Shown one piece after another: positions 48,243 to 58,513 of a DNA stretch of 64,000 bases; the stretch's first letter is position 1, and each line of letters opens with the position of its first letter. The notes beneath the pieces were generated by a model. The model ran no database searches. It had not been told where the DNA came from and saw only the letters and a list, made by a program, of their open reading frames with translations. The DNA is from an uncultured delta proteobacterium (GTDB taxonomy: Bacteria > Desulfobacterota > Syntrophobacteria > BM002). The DNA is taken from contig CAVQGX010000006.1 in the NCBI GenBank assembly GCA_963712115.1, positions 21,662-85,661 on the forward strand. Direction: 5' to 3'. Made by a program: the position numbers and the translations under genes.

Positions 48243-49385
48243 ATGGATTTCGCTATGCCAGACAATGTGGCCAAAGACCTGGTGGAGTTTACCGATTTTC
48301 TTCGAAACCACATGGAGCCTTTCCTCAATGGGTGGTACAAGAAGGAGGTCATTCCAAGGGAGTTTTTTCAGCATCTGGGGCAGGAAGGCTGGTTGGGTTT
48401 CGCTCAGAAGGATGGACGGTTCGTCGAACAATCCTACCTGACACAGACGCTTCTTATGGAAAAACTGGCCAAAATTTCCCCGGGCGTTGCAGTGGCTGTC
48501 ATGGTCCAGATCTCTCTTGGCATGGTTCCTCTTTTTCTTTTCGGTTCAGAAGCACAGAAGGCAACTTACTTGCCCTCGGCCGCCAGAGGAGAGACCCTCA
48601 TTTGCCTGGGCAATACGGAGCACAAGGCCGGAAGCGATGTTGCCAACATCGGTATGGAGGCTGAGAAAGTCGATGGCGGTTGGGTGCTCAACGGTACCAA
48701 GGCCTATGTCACCAACGGTGCTATCAGTGACCTCGCACTGATTACTGCGGTCTCTGACCCTGATGCCAGTCGAAATCGCAGACTGTCCATGTTCCTGGTT
48801 GACCTCTCCTCAAACGGGGTACGGAGAAAAAAATTGAACAAACGAGTCTGGATCCCCTCTGACCTAACTAGGATACATTTCGACAAGGTCTTTGTTCCTG
48901 AAGAGAACCTCGTTGGTGAACAGGGTAAAGGACTGCACCAGGTACTTGCCACCTTCACTCAGAGCAGAATCCCTATCAGCGGACTAACATTAGGTACAGC
49001 GGTGGGAGCTTTTGAGGCGGGACTAGAGCGGGCCACAAAACGTGAGATCTTCGCCCAAAAGATCGTGGATTTTCAGGCAAAATCTTTCGAGATTGCTGAC
49101 TTTTTTACCCGCATCCAAGCAGCCCGCCTACTGGTGCTGAAGGCGGGTTGGACAAAAGATCAGGGCAATGACTTCCGCCTGGAAGCCTCAATGGCCAAAT
49201 ACATGTCGGTGGAGATCGCCCGGCAGATTGGGGTTTGGGCGGCTGATCTCTTTGGCGCTGCTTCAGTGATGCAGGATCACCCGGTGCACAAATTCCCAAT
49301 GGATGCTTGGGGTTCTTCACTGGGAGAAGGAACCCAGGATGTGCAAAAATTGATAATTTTTAGGGAGATTATGAAGAGGGAATGA
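48243..49385 (+). CDS. Acyl-CoA dehydrogenase
   Basis: TEHKAGSD, LNGTKAYVTNG, ASMAK, GEGTQDVQK. Confidence 0.93.
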   Translation: MDFAMPDNVAKDLVEFTDFLRNHMEPFLNGWYKKEVIPREFFQHLGQEGWLGFAQKDGRFVEQSYLTQTLLMEKLAKISPGVAVAVMVQISLGMVPLFLFGSEAQKATYLPSAARGETLICLGNTEHKAGSDVANIGMEAEKVDGGWVLNGTKAYVTNGAISDLALITAVSDPDASRNRRLSMFLVDLSSNGVRRKKLNKRVWIPSDLTRIHFDKVFVPEENLVGEQGKGLHQVLATFTQSRIPISGLTLGTAVGAFEAGLERATKREIFAQKIVDFQAKSFEIADFFTRIQAARLLVLKAGWTKDQGNDFRLEASMAKYMSVEIARQIGVWAADLFGAASVMQDHPVHKFPMDAWGSSLGEGTQDVQKLIIFREIMKRE

Positions 49386-49546
49386 GGGAATTGTAGATTT
49401 TAGATTGTGGATTGGGGAATGGATCTTATACATTTGAAACTATAGATATTTCCCGCAGCGTGCTTATATTTTACAGGACAAAAGCTTATCTGTTAAATTA
49501 GATTTAGGGCTAGAATCACTACCAAATGGTCAAGGAGGAGAGCAAC

Positions 49547-51439
49547 ATGGCCAAGAAGTCAAGTCGTCCATCATCCGAGGATAAGAATATCTTCGAAAAA
49601 CTCAGGTCTTCATTCGGCGACATTCCGCCCAAGGGCGATCCCGGCCGTCGCAAATTTCATTTCTCTTTCTGGTACTTTCTTATGGCTCTACTCGCTTTGT
49701 CGCTTATTCACGACTATTTCATGGCTAGACAGGTCAACACCATCCCCTACTCTGAATTCAAACGCTACGTGGTCGAGGGGAAAATCCAGAAACTTTCCAT
49801 AAAGCCTCAGCAAATAACCGGCACACTCACTCAAGACGACAAAGGAGGCAAGGATCAACAGTTTGTTACCGTAAGGGTTGATGACCCAGGATTGGTAAAA
49901 CTGCTGGACGAGAATAAAATCGACTACACCGGTCACTACGAAAGCAAATGGCTGGCCAGCCTCCTGGCCTGGATTCTGCCCCTCGCTTTCTTCATCATTG
50001 TGTGGAGATTTCTCCTTGGCCGCATGGCCGGCGGCCCGCAAGGGGTTCTCTCGTTGGGCAAAGCCCGGGCTAAAATTTACGCAGAACGTGAGGTGGGTAT
50101 AACTTTCAACGACGTCGCTGGTATTGACGAGGCCAAGCAAGAGCTTGAGGAGATTGTCGAATTCCTCAAGACTCCAGAGAAGTTCACTCGTCTCGGGGGA
50201 AAAATTCCCAAGGGTGTCTTACTGGTGGGTGCGCCGGGAACGGGCAAGACTTTGTTGGCCAAGGCCGTAGCGGGTGAGTCCGGAGTGCCTTTTTTCAGCA
50301 TCAGCGGCTCTGATTTTGTCGAGATGTTCGTTGGCGTGGGTGCTGCTAGAGTGCGCGATCTCTTTGCCCAGGCCAAAGAGCATGCTCCCTGCATCATCTT
50401 TGTGGATGAACTGGATGCACTGGGCAAAGCGCGGGGCATGAGTCCCATGGGGGGGCACGATGAGCGGGAACAAACTCTTAATCAACTCTTGGTGGAAATG
50501 GACGGCTTCGATGCCACAGTCGGGGTCATCATCATAGCTGCCACAAATCGTCCCGAGATTCTCGATCCTGCCCTTTTGCGGGCAGGACGCTTCGACCGGA
50601 ATGTGGCCATAGACCGGCCTGACGTGCGCGGTCGGGAAGCTATTCTCAAGGTTCATGCAAAAGGTGTAAAGCTTGGATCTGATGCGGACCTTGCTAAGGT
50701 AGCGGCTCTGACCCCTGGTTTCGTGGGTGCGGACCTGGCCAACCTGATCAACGAGGCAGCCCTGCTTTCAGCCCGCCGCGACAAGAAAAGCGTTGGTATG
50801 GCCGAATTTCAAGAGGCCATAGATCGGATCATTGGTGGGCTGGAAAAGAAAAACCGCATGATGAACGAAAAGGAAAAACTCATCGTAACCTACCATGAAA
50901 GTGGTCACACCTTGGTGGCCATGAGCGTGCCCACCGCCGATCCCGTCAATAAAGTCTCCATTATTCCCAGAGGAATTGCTGCCCTGGGTTACACTCAGCA
51001 ACTTCCCACCGAGGATCGTTATCTCATGACTCGGGAGGAACTACTTGACCGACTTTGTGTGCTTTTAGGAGGCCGGGTGGCGGAGGAAATTGTCTTTAAA
51101 GACGTATCCACAGGTGCGCAGAATGACTTGCAGCGGGCTACCGACATTGCCCGCAGTATGGTGACAGAGTATGGAATGAGCGAGAAGTTGGGCTTGGTCA
51201 CCTACGCCAAGGAGAGAAGGCCTCTTTTTCTGAATACGGGTTTTTCACCCGCCAAAGAATACAGCGATGAGACCGCAAAAGAGATTGATTCCGAGGTCTC
51301 GCGCTTAATGTCGGAGGCTCACGACCGGGTCAAGAAGATACTCACGGACAAACGACAACAACTGGAGATTCTCTCCCAGACTCTATTGGAAAAAGAGACT
51401 ATACTCGGGGATGAACTTAAGAAACTGCTAGAATTGTAG
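49547..51439 (+). CDS. ftsH: ATP-dependent zinc metalloprotease FtsH
   Basis: Two TMs, [34 protein letters not shown]. Confidence 0.97.
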   Translation: MAKKSSRPSSEDKNIFEKLRSSFGDIPPKGDPGRRKFHFSFWYFLMALLALSLIHDYFMARQVNTIPYSEFKRYVVEGKIQKLSIKPQQITGTLTQDDKGGKDQQFVTVRVDDPGLVKLLDENKIDYTGHYESKWLASLLAWILPLAFFIIVWRFLLGRMAGGPQGVLSLGKARAKIYAEREVGITFNDVAGIDEAKQELEEIVEFLKTPEKFTRLGGKIPKGVLLVGAPGTGKTLLAKAVAGESGVPFFSISGSDFVEMFVGVGAARVRDLFAQAKEHAPCIIFVDELDALGKARGMSPMGGHDEREQTLNQLLVEMDGFDATVGVIIIAATNRPEILDPALLRAGRFDRNVAIDRPDVRGREAILKVHAKGVKLGSDADLAKVAALTPGFVGADLANLINEAALLSARRDKKSVGMAEFQEAIDRIIGGLEKKNRMMNEKEKLIVTYHESGHTLVAMSVPTADPVNKVSIIPRGIAALGYTQQLPTEDRYLMTREELLDRLCVLLGGRVAEEIVFKDVSTGAQNDLQRATDIARSMVTEYGMSEKLGLVTYAKERRPLFLNTGFSPAKEYSDETAKEIDSEVSRLMSEAHDRVKKILTDKRQQLEILSQTLLEKETILGDELKKLLEL

Positions 51440-51458
51440 ATTGCAGATTGACAAACTA

Positions 51459-51530
51459 GGTTTCAGGTGTCAGGTGTCAGGAAAGAGAAACACAAAACCT
51501 GAAACCCGAACACTGAAACCTGAAACCTCA
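51459..51530. repeat. Inverted CAGGTGT / CTGAAAC heptamer hairpin
   Basis: Spacer GAGAAACACAAAA is also present, reversed, near 47272-47285. Confidence 0.8.
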
Positions 51531-51595
51531 ACGCTGAAGACTGACTGTAACAAAACCCACCTCCCCTAACGGTGCTTAATTTGCATAAGGTAAGA

Positions 51596-53113
51596 CTACT
51601 CATTGCCCTCGGCCAGGGGCTTCCAGCTTTGAAGTAGCCGGGTGAGCAGGTGCACGCCCATGCCTGTGGCCCCCTTGGGCACCAAAGCACTCCCTTTATC
51701 CGCCCAGGCACAGCCGGCAATGTCCAGATGAGCCCAGGGAATTCCCTCGGGAACGAACTGCTTCAGGAAAATCGCAGCGGTAATTGCCCCCGCTTTCCGC
51801 CCGTCGACGTTTTTGAGATCGGCAACGTCGCTCTTCATCGACTCGAAGTAGCTATCCCAAAGGGGCAGTGGCCAAACCTTCTCACCACTTTCATCCGCCG
51901 CAGCCTGCAACCTTGCCTGTAATTCATCGTTGCTACTCAGAAGTCCTGCGACATTGTCACCCAGTGCCACGATACATGCTCCGGTAAGAGTGGCAAGATC
52001 AATTATGGCCTGAGGCTTATAGCGGTCGGCATAAGTGAGGGCATCGGCGAGAATCATTCGTCCCTCTGCGTCTGTATTTATCACCTCAATGTTTAGACCA
52101 CTCAAGGAGTGGATCACATCTCCCGGCTTGTATGCCTTGCCGCTAGGGAGATTTTCCGTAAAAGGAATTATAGCAACAACCCTCACTGGCAAGTTCAAGG
52201 CTGCAATAGTTTGCATGGCCCCGATTACTGCAGCACTTCCTGCCATGTCATGCTTCATCTTGTCCATGTCCTTTGCCGGCTTTATAGAAATTCCGCCGCT
52301 GTCAAAAGTGATACCTTTGCCTACGAGAACCACGGGGGGGCTCTTCTCGCCTGAAGGCTGATAATCCATCACCACCATGAGGCCCGGTTCTTCACTCCCC
52401 TGGGCCACCGCCAAAAAAGCGCCCATCCCCAGCTTCTTTGCCTCGGGCTCCCGAATAAGTTTGAAGCTCATGCCAGCTTGGGCCGCCACATCCTCCGCCC
52501 TCTTAGCCAAAAAGGTAGGAGTAGCTTGATTGGAGGGCAAAGTGACTAGATCCCGGGCCAGATAGATTCCTGCCGCCACTGCTTTTGCCCGGTCCACACC
52601 TGCTGCCAATGCTTTTGTTTTCTTACTAGAGAGAATAGCTAAGGAGTCAAAGTCCTTGATCTTATCCCGCTCCCTGGTAAGTAATTTAGTGAATTGGTAA
52701 AGGCCCAGCATCCCACCTAGGACGCAAGCTTCAGCCGTTTCTCCAATACCAAGAGGGAATTCGCTGTCCAGTGGAATCGGCAAAACCGCGCGGGGCTGAC
52801 GCCGATCCCTTAAGGTTTTGAGAGCCTGGGCCATAGCTTCTCTCAAAGCCTGGGCAGTGAAATTCTCCCTTTTCCCCAGCCCCATGAGAAGAATGCGTTT
52901 TATAGCCGCAGAACCCTGAGTGAAGAGAAGAACATTTTCCAGGTGCTCGCCGCGAAAATCACCAGCTTCAATCACCCGGCTGACAATTGATCCAGTAACG
53001 GTGTTGACTGCAGCCGCAGGCTCGAGCAACTTATCGTCCATCTCAAAATGAAATAGTACTACCGCTTCCGCAGCTGTAGCGGTGATATCACCTTTCTGGA
53101 TTTTTATATCCAT
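51596..53113 (-). CDS. pepA: Leucyl aminopeptidase (M17)
   Basis: GKGITFDSGG, MKHDMAG, NTDAEGR, DLATLTGA, HLDIAG. Confidence 0.96.
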   Translation of the reverse strand: MDIKIQKGDITATAAEAVVLFHFEMDDKLLEPAAAVNTVTGSIVSRVIEAGDFRGEHLENVLLFTQGSAAIKRILLMGLGKRENFTAQALREAMAQALKTLRDRRQPRAVLPIPLDSEFPLGIGETAEACVLGGMLGLYQFTKLLTRERDKIKDFDSLAILSSKKTKALAAGVDRAKAVAAGIYLARDLVTLPSNQATPTFLAKRAEDVAAQAGMSFKLIREPEAKKLGMGAFLAVAQGSEEPGLMVVMDYQPSGEKSPPVVLVGKGITFDSGGISIKPAKDMDKMKHDMAGSAAVIGAMQTIAALNLPVRVVAIIPFTENLPSGKAYKPGDVIHSLSGLNIEVINTDAEGRMILADALTYADRYKPQAIIDLATLTGACIVALGDNVAGLLSSNDELQARLQAAADESGEKVWPLPLWDSYFESMKSDVADLKNVDGRKAGAITAAIFLKQFVPEGIPWAHLDIAGCAWADKGSALVPKGATGMGVHLLTRLLQSWKPLAEGNE

Positions 53114-53127
53114 CGGTCACTCCTTTG

Positions 53128-53435
53128 GTCAGCATTCAGCTATCAGCCGTCAGCAATCAGCTTTTCCACCAGTTGTTTTGCTACAGATTAGTTTTTTTAC
53201 CACAAAGGCCACAAAGACCACAAAAGGATATTTGAGATTTTAGAACTAAGATTGCAGATTTGGGAAGGCATAGGGCGTAGGACTATGCGGTCATTTGGCC
53301 ACTAGATGTGGCCGTCATAATGCTACGCTGTCATTCATGGTCATTTGTTGTAACGACTTAATGACGGCCGTGAGGCCTAATGACGGCGCAGCCGAATGAC
53401 GCGGAGCAAATGACCTGCCAGTGCCTAGTGGTTTC
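53128..53435. repeat. Composite repeat cassette (TCAGC heptamers, CCACAAAG 9-mers, shared arms, GTCATT/AATGAC module)
   Basis: Arms match 43261 and 43438; interior matches 19960-20180 on the opposite strand. Confidence 0.82.
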
Positions 53436-53495
53436 GGCGCAGATTGGCGCTGGATGAGCCCTCAACACGAAACCATCCGATCTACTACGTCTGGC

Positions 53496-54167
53496 CTATT
53501 TTTTCTCTGACGGAAACATCTCAAGCAGGAGCGGATCAAGGCTGTAATCGGGGTCAAGTTGGCGCAGCTGTTTTACTGCGGTCCAGGACTCACCTACCTG
53601 ATCTGCCTTGGCTGCAGCCAGTGCCAAGCAGTGCCAACTATCCGGGTCCTTCGGTTCTAACTTGGCGGCCCTCCGACATGAGATTATAGCCTCGTGGTAA
53701 TGCTCCTGTCTCAGCATAGCCATGCCGAGGCCGCGATGATTCTCACCACACTCTGGCTCTATGTCCACAGCCCGGCGAAAGGACTGCTCTGCCCTCACAT
53801 ATTCATCCAATTCCATGTATGACATGCCAAGATTGTAGAAAAGATCCCCTCTTTCCATACCAAGATCAATTGCTCGCAGGTATTCGGCGGCCTCATCTGG
53901 GTGGAGGCCGAGCTGGCCGTAGGCGTAGCCCAGATGATAACGGGCCAGCCCGTTACCGGGCTCCTGATTCAACACTCGCAAATGTTGGTTAACCGCCTCT
54001 TCGAAACGACCCTGCCTAAGGGGCAAATCAGCATATTCAGGACAGACCCAGCGGTCATCTGCAAGGTATGTCCTTTGCTCTCTTAAGCTTTGACAACCAA
54101 AGGGAAGGAGGAAGAGAAGGATCAGGAATAGTCCCAGCACGAGGCTTGTACCCTTAATGAGTTTCAT
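53496..54167 (-). CDS. TPR-repeat lipoprotein
   Basis: Hydrophobic N-terminus with FGC; YHLG / YNLG / HRGLG TPR units. Confidence 0.85.
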   Translation of the reverse strand: MKLIKGTSLVLGLFLILLFLLPFGCQSLREQRTYLADDRWVCPEYADLPLRQGRFEEAVNQHLRVLNQEPGNGLARYHLGYAYGQLGLHPDEAAEYLRAIDLGMERGDLFYNLGMSYMELDEYVRAEQSFRRAVDIEPECGENHRGLGMAMLRQEHYHEAIISCRRAAKLEPKDPDSWHCLALAAAKADQVGESWTAVKQLRQLDPDYSLDPLLLEMFPSEKK

Positions 54168-54185
54168 TGTCTGACCCCTCTTCGT

Positions 54186-54285
54186 TGATTTTAGATTTCA
54201 GACTTTAGATTTAAGATTGGCAAAAGTTCAAACTATAAAATCTCAAATCTCAGATCCACAATCTACAATCTGAGATCTGCAATCT
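54186..54285. repeat. Inverted AGATTTY / RAATCT heptamer arrays
   Basis: Left and right arrays are reverse complements of one another. Confidence 0.78.
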
Positions 54286-54314
54286 CTATGCTGCAAACTT
54301 GATGCCGAGATGTG

Positions 54315-54512
54315 TTAAACCTAATGTTGCAGACCCAAACCGGCAAAAACCGTTGCGCTCGCGCGATAGCACGCCATCTGAGGCTGTACTCGCCTCGGAC
54401 AGGACTTCACGTACGGTCAAGTACGCCTCGACCTGTCCGAGCCTGTGCGCAGCCACATCTGACGCGCTCTTGCGCGTTTTTCCTCGGAATGGGTCTGCAA
54501 CATTAGGTTTAA
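54315..54512. mobile_element. MITE-like element, family F
   Basis: Perfect 23-bp TIR TTAAACCTAATGTTGCAGACCCA. Inner TCGGACAGG / CCTGTCCGA and CGTAC-N6-GTACG. Confidence 0.8.
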
Positions 54513-54618
54513 TAATTGACAGGGCAAGGTGAGCCCGTTTAGTATCAGCTCTCAATCGGATCCGTTGCAACAATTCCTGAATCCCTAAATTCCTTAATGT
54601 TTTCCTCGAGGTGCCGCC

Positions 54619-56712
54619 GTGAAAGACTTCTTCTATCCGGAGCATGTTGCAGTTGTTGGTGTGTCCCCCTCTCCCAGCAACCTTGCCCGCGCTATTGTCT
54701 ATCATCTCATTGAATTCCGCTACACCGGTAAGATCTATTTAGTCGGCCCCAAGGGCGGCTCTTTCATGGATCACCCGATTTATCCGACAATTGCCCATAT
54801 ACCCGATCAGGTGGATCTTGCGGCAATCCTCACCCCGGCCTTTACCTTGCCTGAAATCATGGAGACATGTGGACAAAAGGGTATCAAGCGAGTGGTAATC
54901 GAATCTGCTGGCTTCAGCGAATTGGGGGATGAGAAAAAGGGCCTCGAACAACAGTTGGCTACCATAGCACACAAGTATGGCATCCGCTTCATCGGCCCTA
55001 ACTGCATCGGGGTAATCAACAAGGAAAATGGCTTGGCGACTCCCTTCATGCCCTTTAGCAACACCTTTAATTTAGGCCCCCTTTCCATCATCTCCCAGAG
55101 TGGAGGAGTGGGAGGTGCTTTGTTGAACGAGTTGGCAAGTGAAAATCTCGGTTTTAACAAATTCGCCTCCATTGGTAACAAGTTGGACACCGATGAGAAC
55201 GACCTTCTTGAGTACTTCCTTGAAGATAGAGGCACGGAGACGGTTTTTCTTTATCTGGAGGGGATTGCGGACGGTCGCCGACTCATGGAAATCTCTTTCC
55301 GCTCCAGAAAACCCATCCTAGCACACAAGTCCAATACTAGCGAGGCCAGTACACGAATCGCCAGGTCACACACCGGTTCTCTCTCCGCCTCCGAGGAGGT
55401 GGTCAACGCAGCTTTTCGACAATGCGGCATCCACCGGGTTACCGATATGAATTCCACCCTAACAGCTATCAAGGCACACGGTCTTCCGCCAATGCGTGGC
55501 AACCGTCTTGCGATAATTTCCCGTTCAGGGGGTCATGCTGTTGTTGCCGCCGACGCTGTTGCCAAATACGGCTTTATCCTGCAACCCTTTCCGGAAGACT
55601 TCCTAAAGATGGTGGAAAGCCGCCTCCGTGCCGGGGTTATCCGCCTCGGAAACCCCATGGATCTGGGGGACCTTTTTGATTTTGAGCTTTTTCACCAAAT
55701 CGTAAGCGACACCCTAGCCCGTGAGGACATTGATGGGATGCTGGTTGTACTAAACTACAACGGCATCTTTTTTGAGGAAAATAGCCGAAACTTGGTGGGA
55801 AAAATCAAGGAGATCTGCTTGCAGATGCAGAAACCTGTGGCCTTGTGCGTTGTCACTACCGAAGAGGAGTGGCGGTTAAACCGCCGCAATCACCCTGGCT
55901 TTCCCATGTTCACCGACCCAGAAGATGCGGCAAAAGCTCTGGCCATTTCCAGAGATTTTTCCCACCGCAAGATCTCTATTTTTGAAGAGGCTAAAACCTT
56001 CGCGGTTGATCAGGAGAAACCGTTAGCTATTCTGGCCGAGGCCAAAACTCGACAGGCACGGCAGCTCACCACGGCTGAGTCCTTTGAAATCCTTGCGAAC
56101 TACTCCATCCCCTTAGCTCCATGGAGCCAGGCAAGGAGTAGTCAAGAGGCCGCAATGCGAGCCACAGCCTTTGGATTTCCAGTGGCCATGAAGGTGATGG
56201 GCGAGGAATTTATCCACAAATCCGACGTAGGGGGAGTACTTCTTAATCTTAGCAATGAGGCCGCGGTGAGGGATGGATTCGATCGGCTGGCTGCCATAAT
56301 TCAGACAGCTGAATCAAAACCCGAGGAAAAAGCTATCCTAGTGCAAAAAATGATTTCTGAAGGGTATGAGGTTTTTGTAGGCGCCAAGCAAGATCCCGTC
56401 TTTGGTCCGGTAATTCTTGCAGGACTGGGTGGAGTATACGTGGAGGTCTTCGGAGATGTAACCCTCAGAGTGGCTCCTGTGAGTGCTGCCGAAGCCCGGA
56501 AGATGTTTGGCGAAATTCGTGGCAGCCAGCTTCTGGAAGGTGTAAGAGGGCAGCAACCTGGAGACCTTGAGGCTCTCATCGACATTGTCCAACGAATCTC
56601 TCAACTAGTCTGCGATCTGCCCCAGATCCAAGAGTTGGACTTAAATCCCATCAAGGTTTTACCAAAGGGCCAGGGATGCCTGGTGGTGGATTGCAGGATG
56701 GTAATGGCCTAG
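54619..56712 (+). CDS. ADP-forming acetate/acyl-CoA synthetase (fused CoA-binding and ATP-grasp)
   Basis: VVGVS, SAGFSE, IGPNCIG, SQSG, SHTGS, NPMD, HKSDVGGV, ELDLNP. Confidence 0.92.
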   Translation: MKDFFYPEHVAVVGVSPSPSNLARAIVYHLIEFRYTGKIYLVGPKGGSFMDHPIYPTIAHIPDQVDLAAILTPAFTLPEIMETCGQKGIKRVVIESAGFSELGDEKKGLEQQLATIAHKYGIRFIGPNCIGVINKENGLATPFMPFSNTFNLGPLSIISQSGGVGGALLNELASENLGFNKFASIGNKLDTDENDLLEYFLEDRGTETVFLYLEGIADGRRLMEISFRSRKPILAHKSNTSEASTRIARSHTGSLSASEEVVNAAFRQCGIHRVTDMNSTLTAIKAHGLPPMRGNRLAIISRSGGHAVVAADAVAKYGFILQPFPEDFLKMVESRLRAGVIRLGNPMDLGDLFDFELFHQIVSDTLAREDIDGMLVVLNYNGIFFEENSRNLVGKIKEICLQMQKPVALCVVTTEEEWRLNRRNHPGFPMFTDPEDAAKALAISRDFSHRKISIFEEAKTFAVDQEKPLAILAEAKTRQARQLTTAESFEILANYSIPLAPWSQARSSQEAAMRATAFGFPVAMKVMGEEFIHKSDVGGVLLNLSNEAAVRDGFDRLAAIIQTAESKPEEKAILVQKMISEGYEVFVGAKQDPVFGPVILAGLGGVYVEVFGDVTLRVAPVSAAEARKMFGEIRGSQLLEGVRGQQPGDLEALIDIVQRISQLVCDLPQIQELDLNPIKVLPKGQGCLVVDCRMVMA

Positions 56713-56772
56713 TCAGCTGGCAGCGGACAGCGGCCAGGAAAAAGCTGGACTTATGGAGTAGTAGAGCATTGT

Positions 56773-56906
56773 AAAATCTCAAATTCCAAGCACCAAATCC
56801 CAATTAAATCCCAAATTACAATATTCAATGACAAAAACAGGTTTGGAATTTTGAATTTTGGTCATTGTGATTTGTTTGGAACTTGTGATTTGTGATTTGG
56901 AATTTG
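56773..56906. repeat. Long imperfect hairpin of CAAAT / ATTTG heptamers
   Basis: AAATTCCAAGCACCAAATCCC... pairs with ...TGTGATTTGTGATTTGGAATTT. Confidence 0.78.
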
Positions 56907-56998
56907 CAGTCACCCTAGCACTCCAACGCTCAATTGTCGGCAAGCAGAGCGTTGGCCCAGCGTTTATCAGATAGGTGTCGCGTGCGAAAGGTGACCTG

Positions 56999-57355
56999 TT
57001 AGTCGACCTTGCGGAGTATCAGATCGTCTCCCTGCCGGAGAATCTGAAAAACATCACCTTTTTGGAAGCCAAGGTTCTCTAAAAGAAGAGAGCGAGTCAG
57101 AGTAATGCTGCCACTCTGGCCGATACTTCTTCGATAGCCCGTGTCAGTAATCTGGGCCACCGCCTTGTCCCTGGCTTTTGGCATCTCGAATTGTGGAATC
57201 TCACCAAGTTGCCGCAACCCCTTCACATAGAGGTCCTGCACCTGGGCTTTCATTTTGATCCCAAATATTCGTTGGATCTCTTCCAGTGACTTTCCTTTTT
57301 GTACCTCCAGGGCTACCATCTTGGGATCCACAGGAGGACTGCCGCCTGCCGCCAT
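56999..57355 (-). CDS. Hypothetical protein with C-terminal AbrB/MazE-like domain
   Basis: IGQSGSITL...LGFQKGD...LILRK pattern; GGAGG RBS. Confidence 0.7.
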   Translation of the reverse strand: MAAGGSPPVDPKMVALEVQKGKSLEEIQRIFGIKMKAQVQDLYVKGLRQLGEIPQFEMPKARDKAVAQITDTGYRRSIGQSGSITLTRSLLLENLGFQKGDVFQILRQGDDLILRKVD

Positions 57356-57621
57356 AAATATCCCTCCATCTGTCGAGACGCCTTATCAATAATACTGGAG
57401 AATTTATTCGAAGCTAGTGTTGAGGTAGGTGTGCGTTGTCCGCTATTTCCTGCTCGTTACATTTTAACGCTATTTGATCTCATGTCAATGGTGGATAATA
57501 CTGCCCCTTTTTTGTTACTCCAAAATCTGCTATGGTTGCCCAACGATATCAAATCAATAACTTTTTTATTACCCTCTATCAGGTTTTGGTCATTATTAGT
57601 CGATCTGGGGAGATTCAAGTA

Positions 57622-58437
57622 ATGGTCACTTTAACTGCCAATTTTACCTCAAGACTATCTTGGTGGTTGTTGCTGGCGGCTTGTTTTTTCTTGCTGACGT
57701 CATGCGCTAAACGACGGGCTGAGGAAATAGACAAGTCTGTCGCTCAACACCCCAAGTTCAAAGAACTCCGTAGCGAGAACAAAGAGCTGCTGCAAAGCTT
57801 GGAGTCTCTCGAAGGCGAAATAGCCAAATCTAAGCTGCGAATACTAGAGAAAGAGGCACAGGTAAAGGCATTAGAGGAGCGCTTGAACTCACAGCAGGTA
57901 ATGCTAGATGAAGCCATCCAGGAAGTGGTAAGGGCCAAAGCCAAGCTTCGCAGCCTCGAAACCAAGGCTGAGGCGGCTTCGGACATGGCTGAGGCTGAAA
58001 TTGCGGTAAAGGCTCTGAAAGTCAAGCTGGCGGGCCGGGGTAGTGATCCAGAGATTGCCAAAGCTGAACAACTGCTGAACATGGGTGTTAAAGAGTTTGA
58101 AAGAGAAAACTATGGGGGTGCGTTGTATCTCACCACTCAGGCCAAAGGCCAGATCAAGACTGCCGAGATGCGACTTGGGGGCCGAAAGATGCCTTCGGAC
58201 GTTCGAAAGGAGCTAAAGCCAGTTGCCGGTGAGGCATTGTTTGCTCAACCCATCCCGCTTCAGGTATTGAAAACTAGCAACCTAAGAGAACTGCCGGATC
58301 TCAAGAGCAATATACTCGCCACCCTGGAGAAAGGCACTCCGCTCATCGGCTATTCTTACAAGGATCAGTGGGTGAGAGTGACCATGGAGGACGGGACCGC
58401 CGGCTGGATTTTTCAAACCCTGGTAGGCGGTCGTTAG
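57622..58437 (+). CDS. Coiled-coil lipoprotein with C-terminal SH3b domain
   Basis: LTSC lipobox; SNLRELP, WVRV, GWI. ORF track opens at 57532. Confidence 0.82.
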   Translation: MVTLTANFTSRLSWWLLLAACFFLLTSCAKRRAEEIDKSVAQHPKFKELRSENKELLQSLESLEGEIAKSKLRILEKEAQVKALEERLNSQQVMLDEAIQEVVRAKAKLRSLETKAEAASDMAEAEIAVKALKVKLAGRGSDPEIAKAEQLLNMGVKEFERENYGGALYLTTQAKGQIKTAEMRLGGRKMPSDVRKELKPVAGEALFAQPIPLQVLKTSNLRELPDLKSNILATLEKGTPLIGYSYKDQWVRVTMEDGTAGWIFQTLVGGR

Positions 58438-58440
58438 GTT

Positions 58441-58513
58441 GGGGGCAGCTCAAAGCCAGGTGCACCCTCCGGGCCTTAGACCTTATGGGCTGGAGGCAGG
58501 CCTGGATTCTTTA
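58441..58513 (-). repeat. Family C repeat, partial copy 3 (left end)
   Basis: Minus strand TAAAGAATCCAGG..CTGCCTCC..GGCCCGGAGGG..GGCTTTGAGCTGCCC. Confidence 0.7.

Noticed and set aside
53429-53468. Hammerhead-like CTGGATGAG...CGAAAC
   Set aside because: Extra G in the core and no credible stem II; explained by a simple TGGTTTCG/CGAAACCA inverted repeat.
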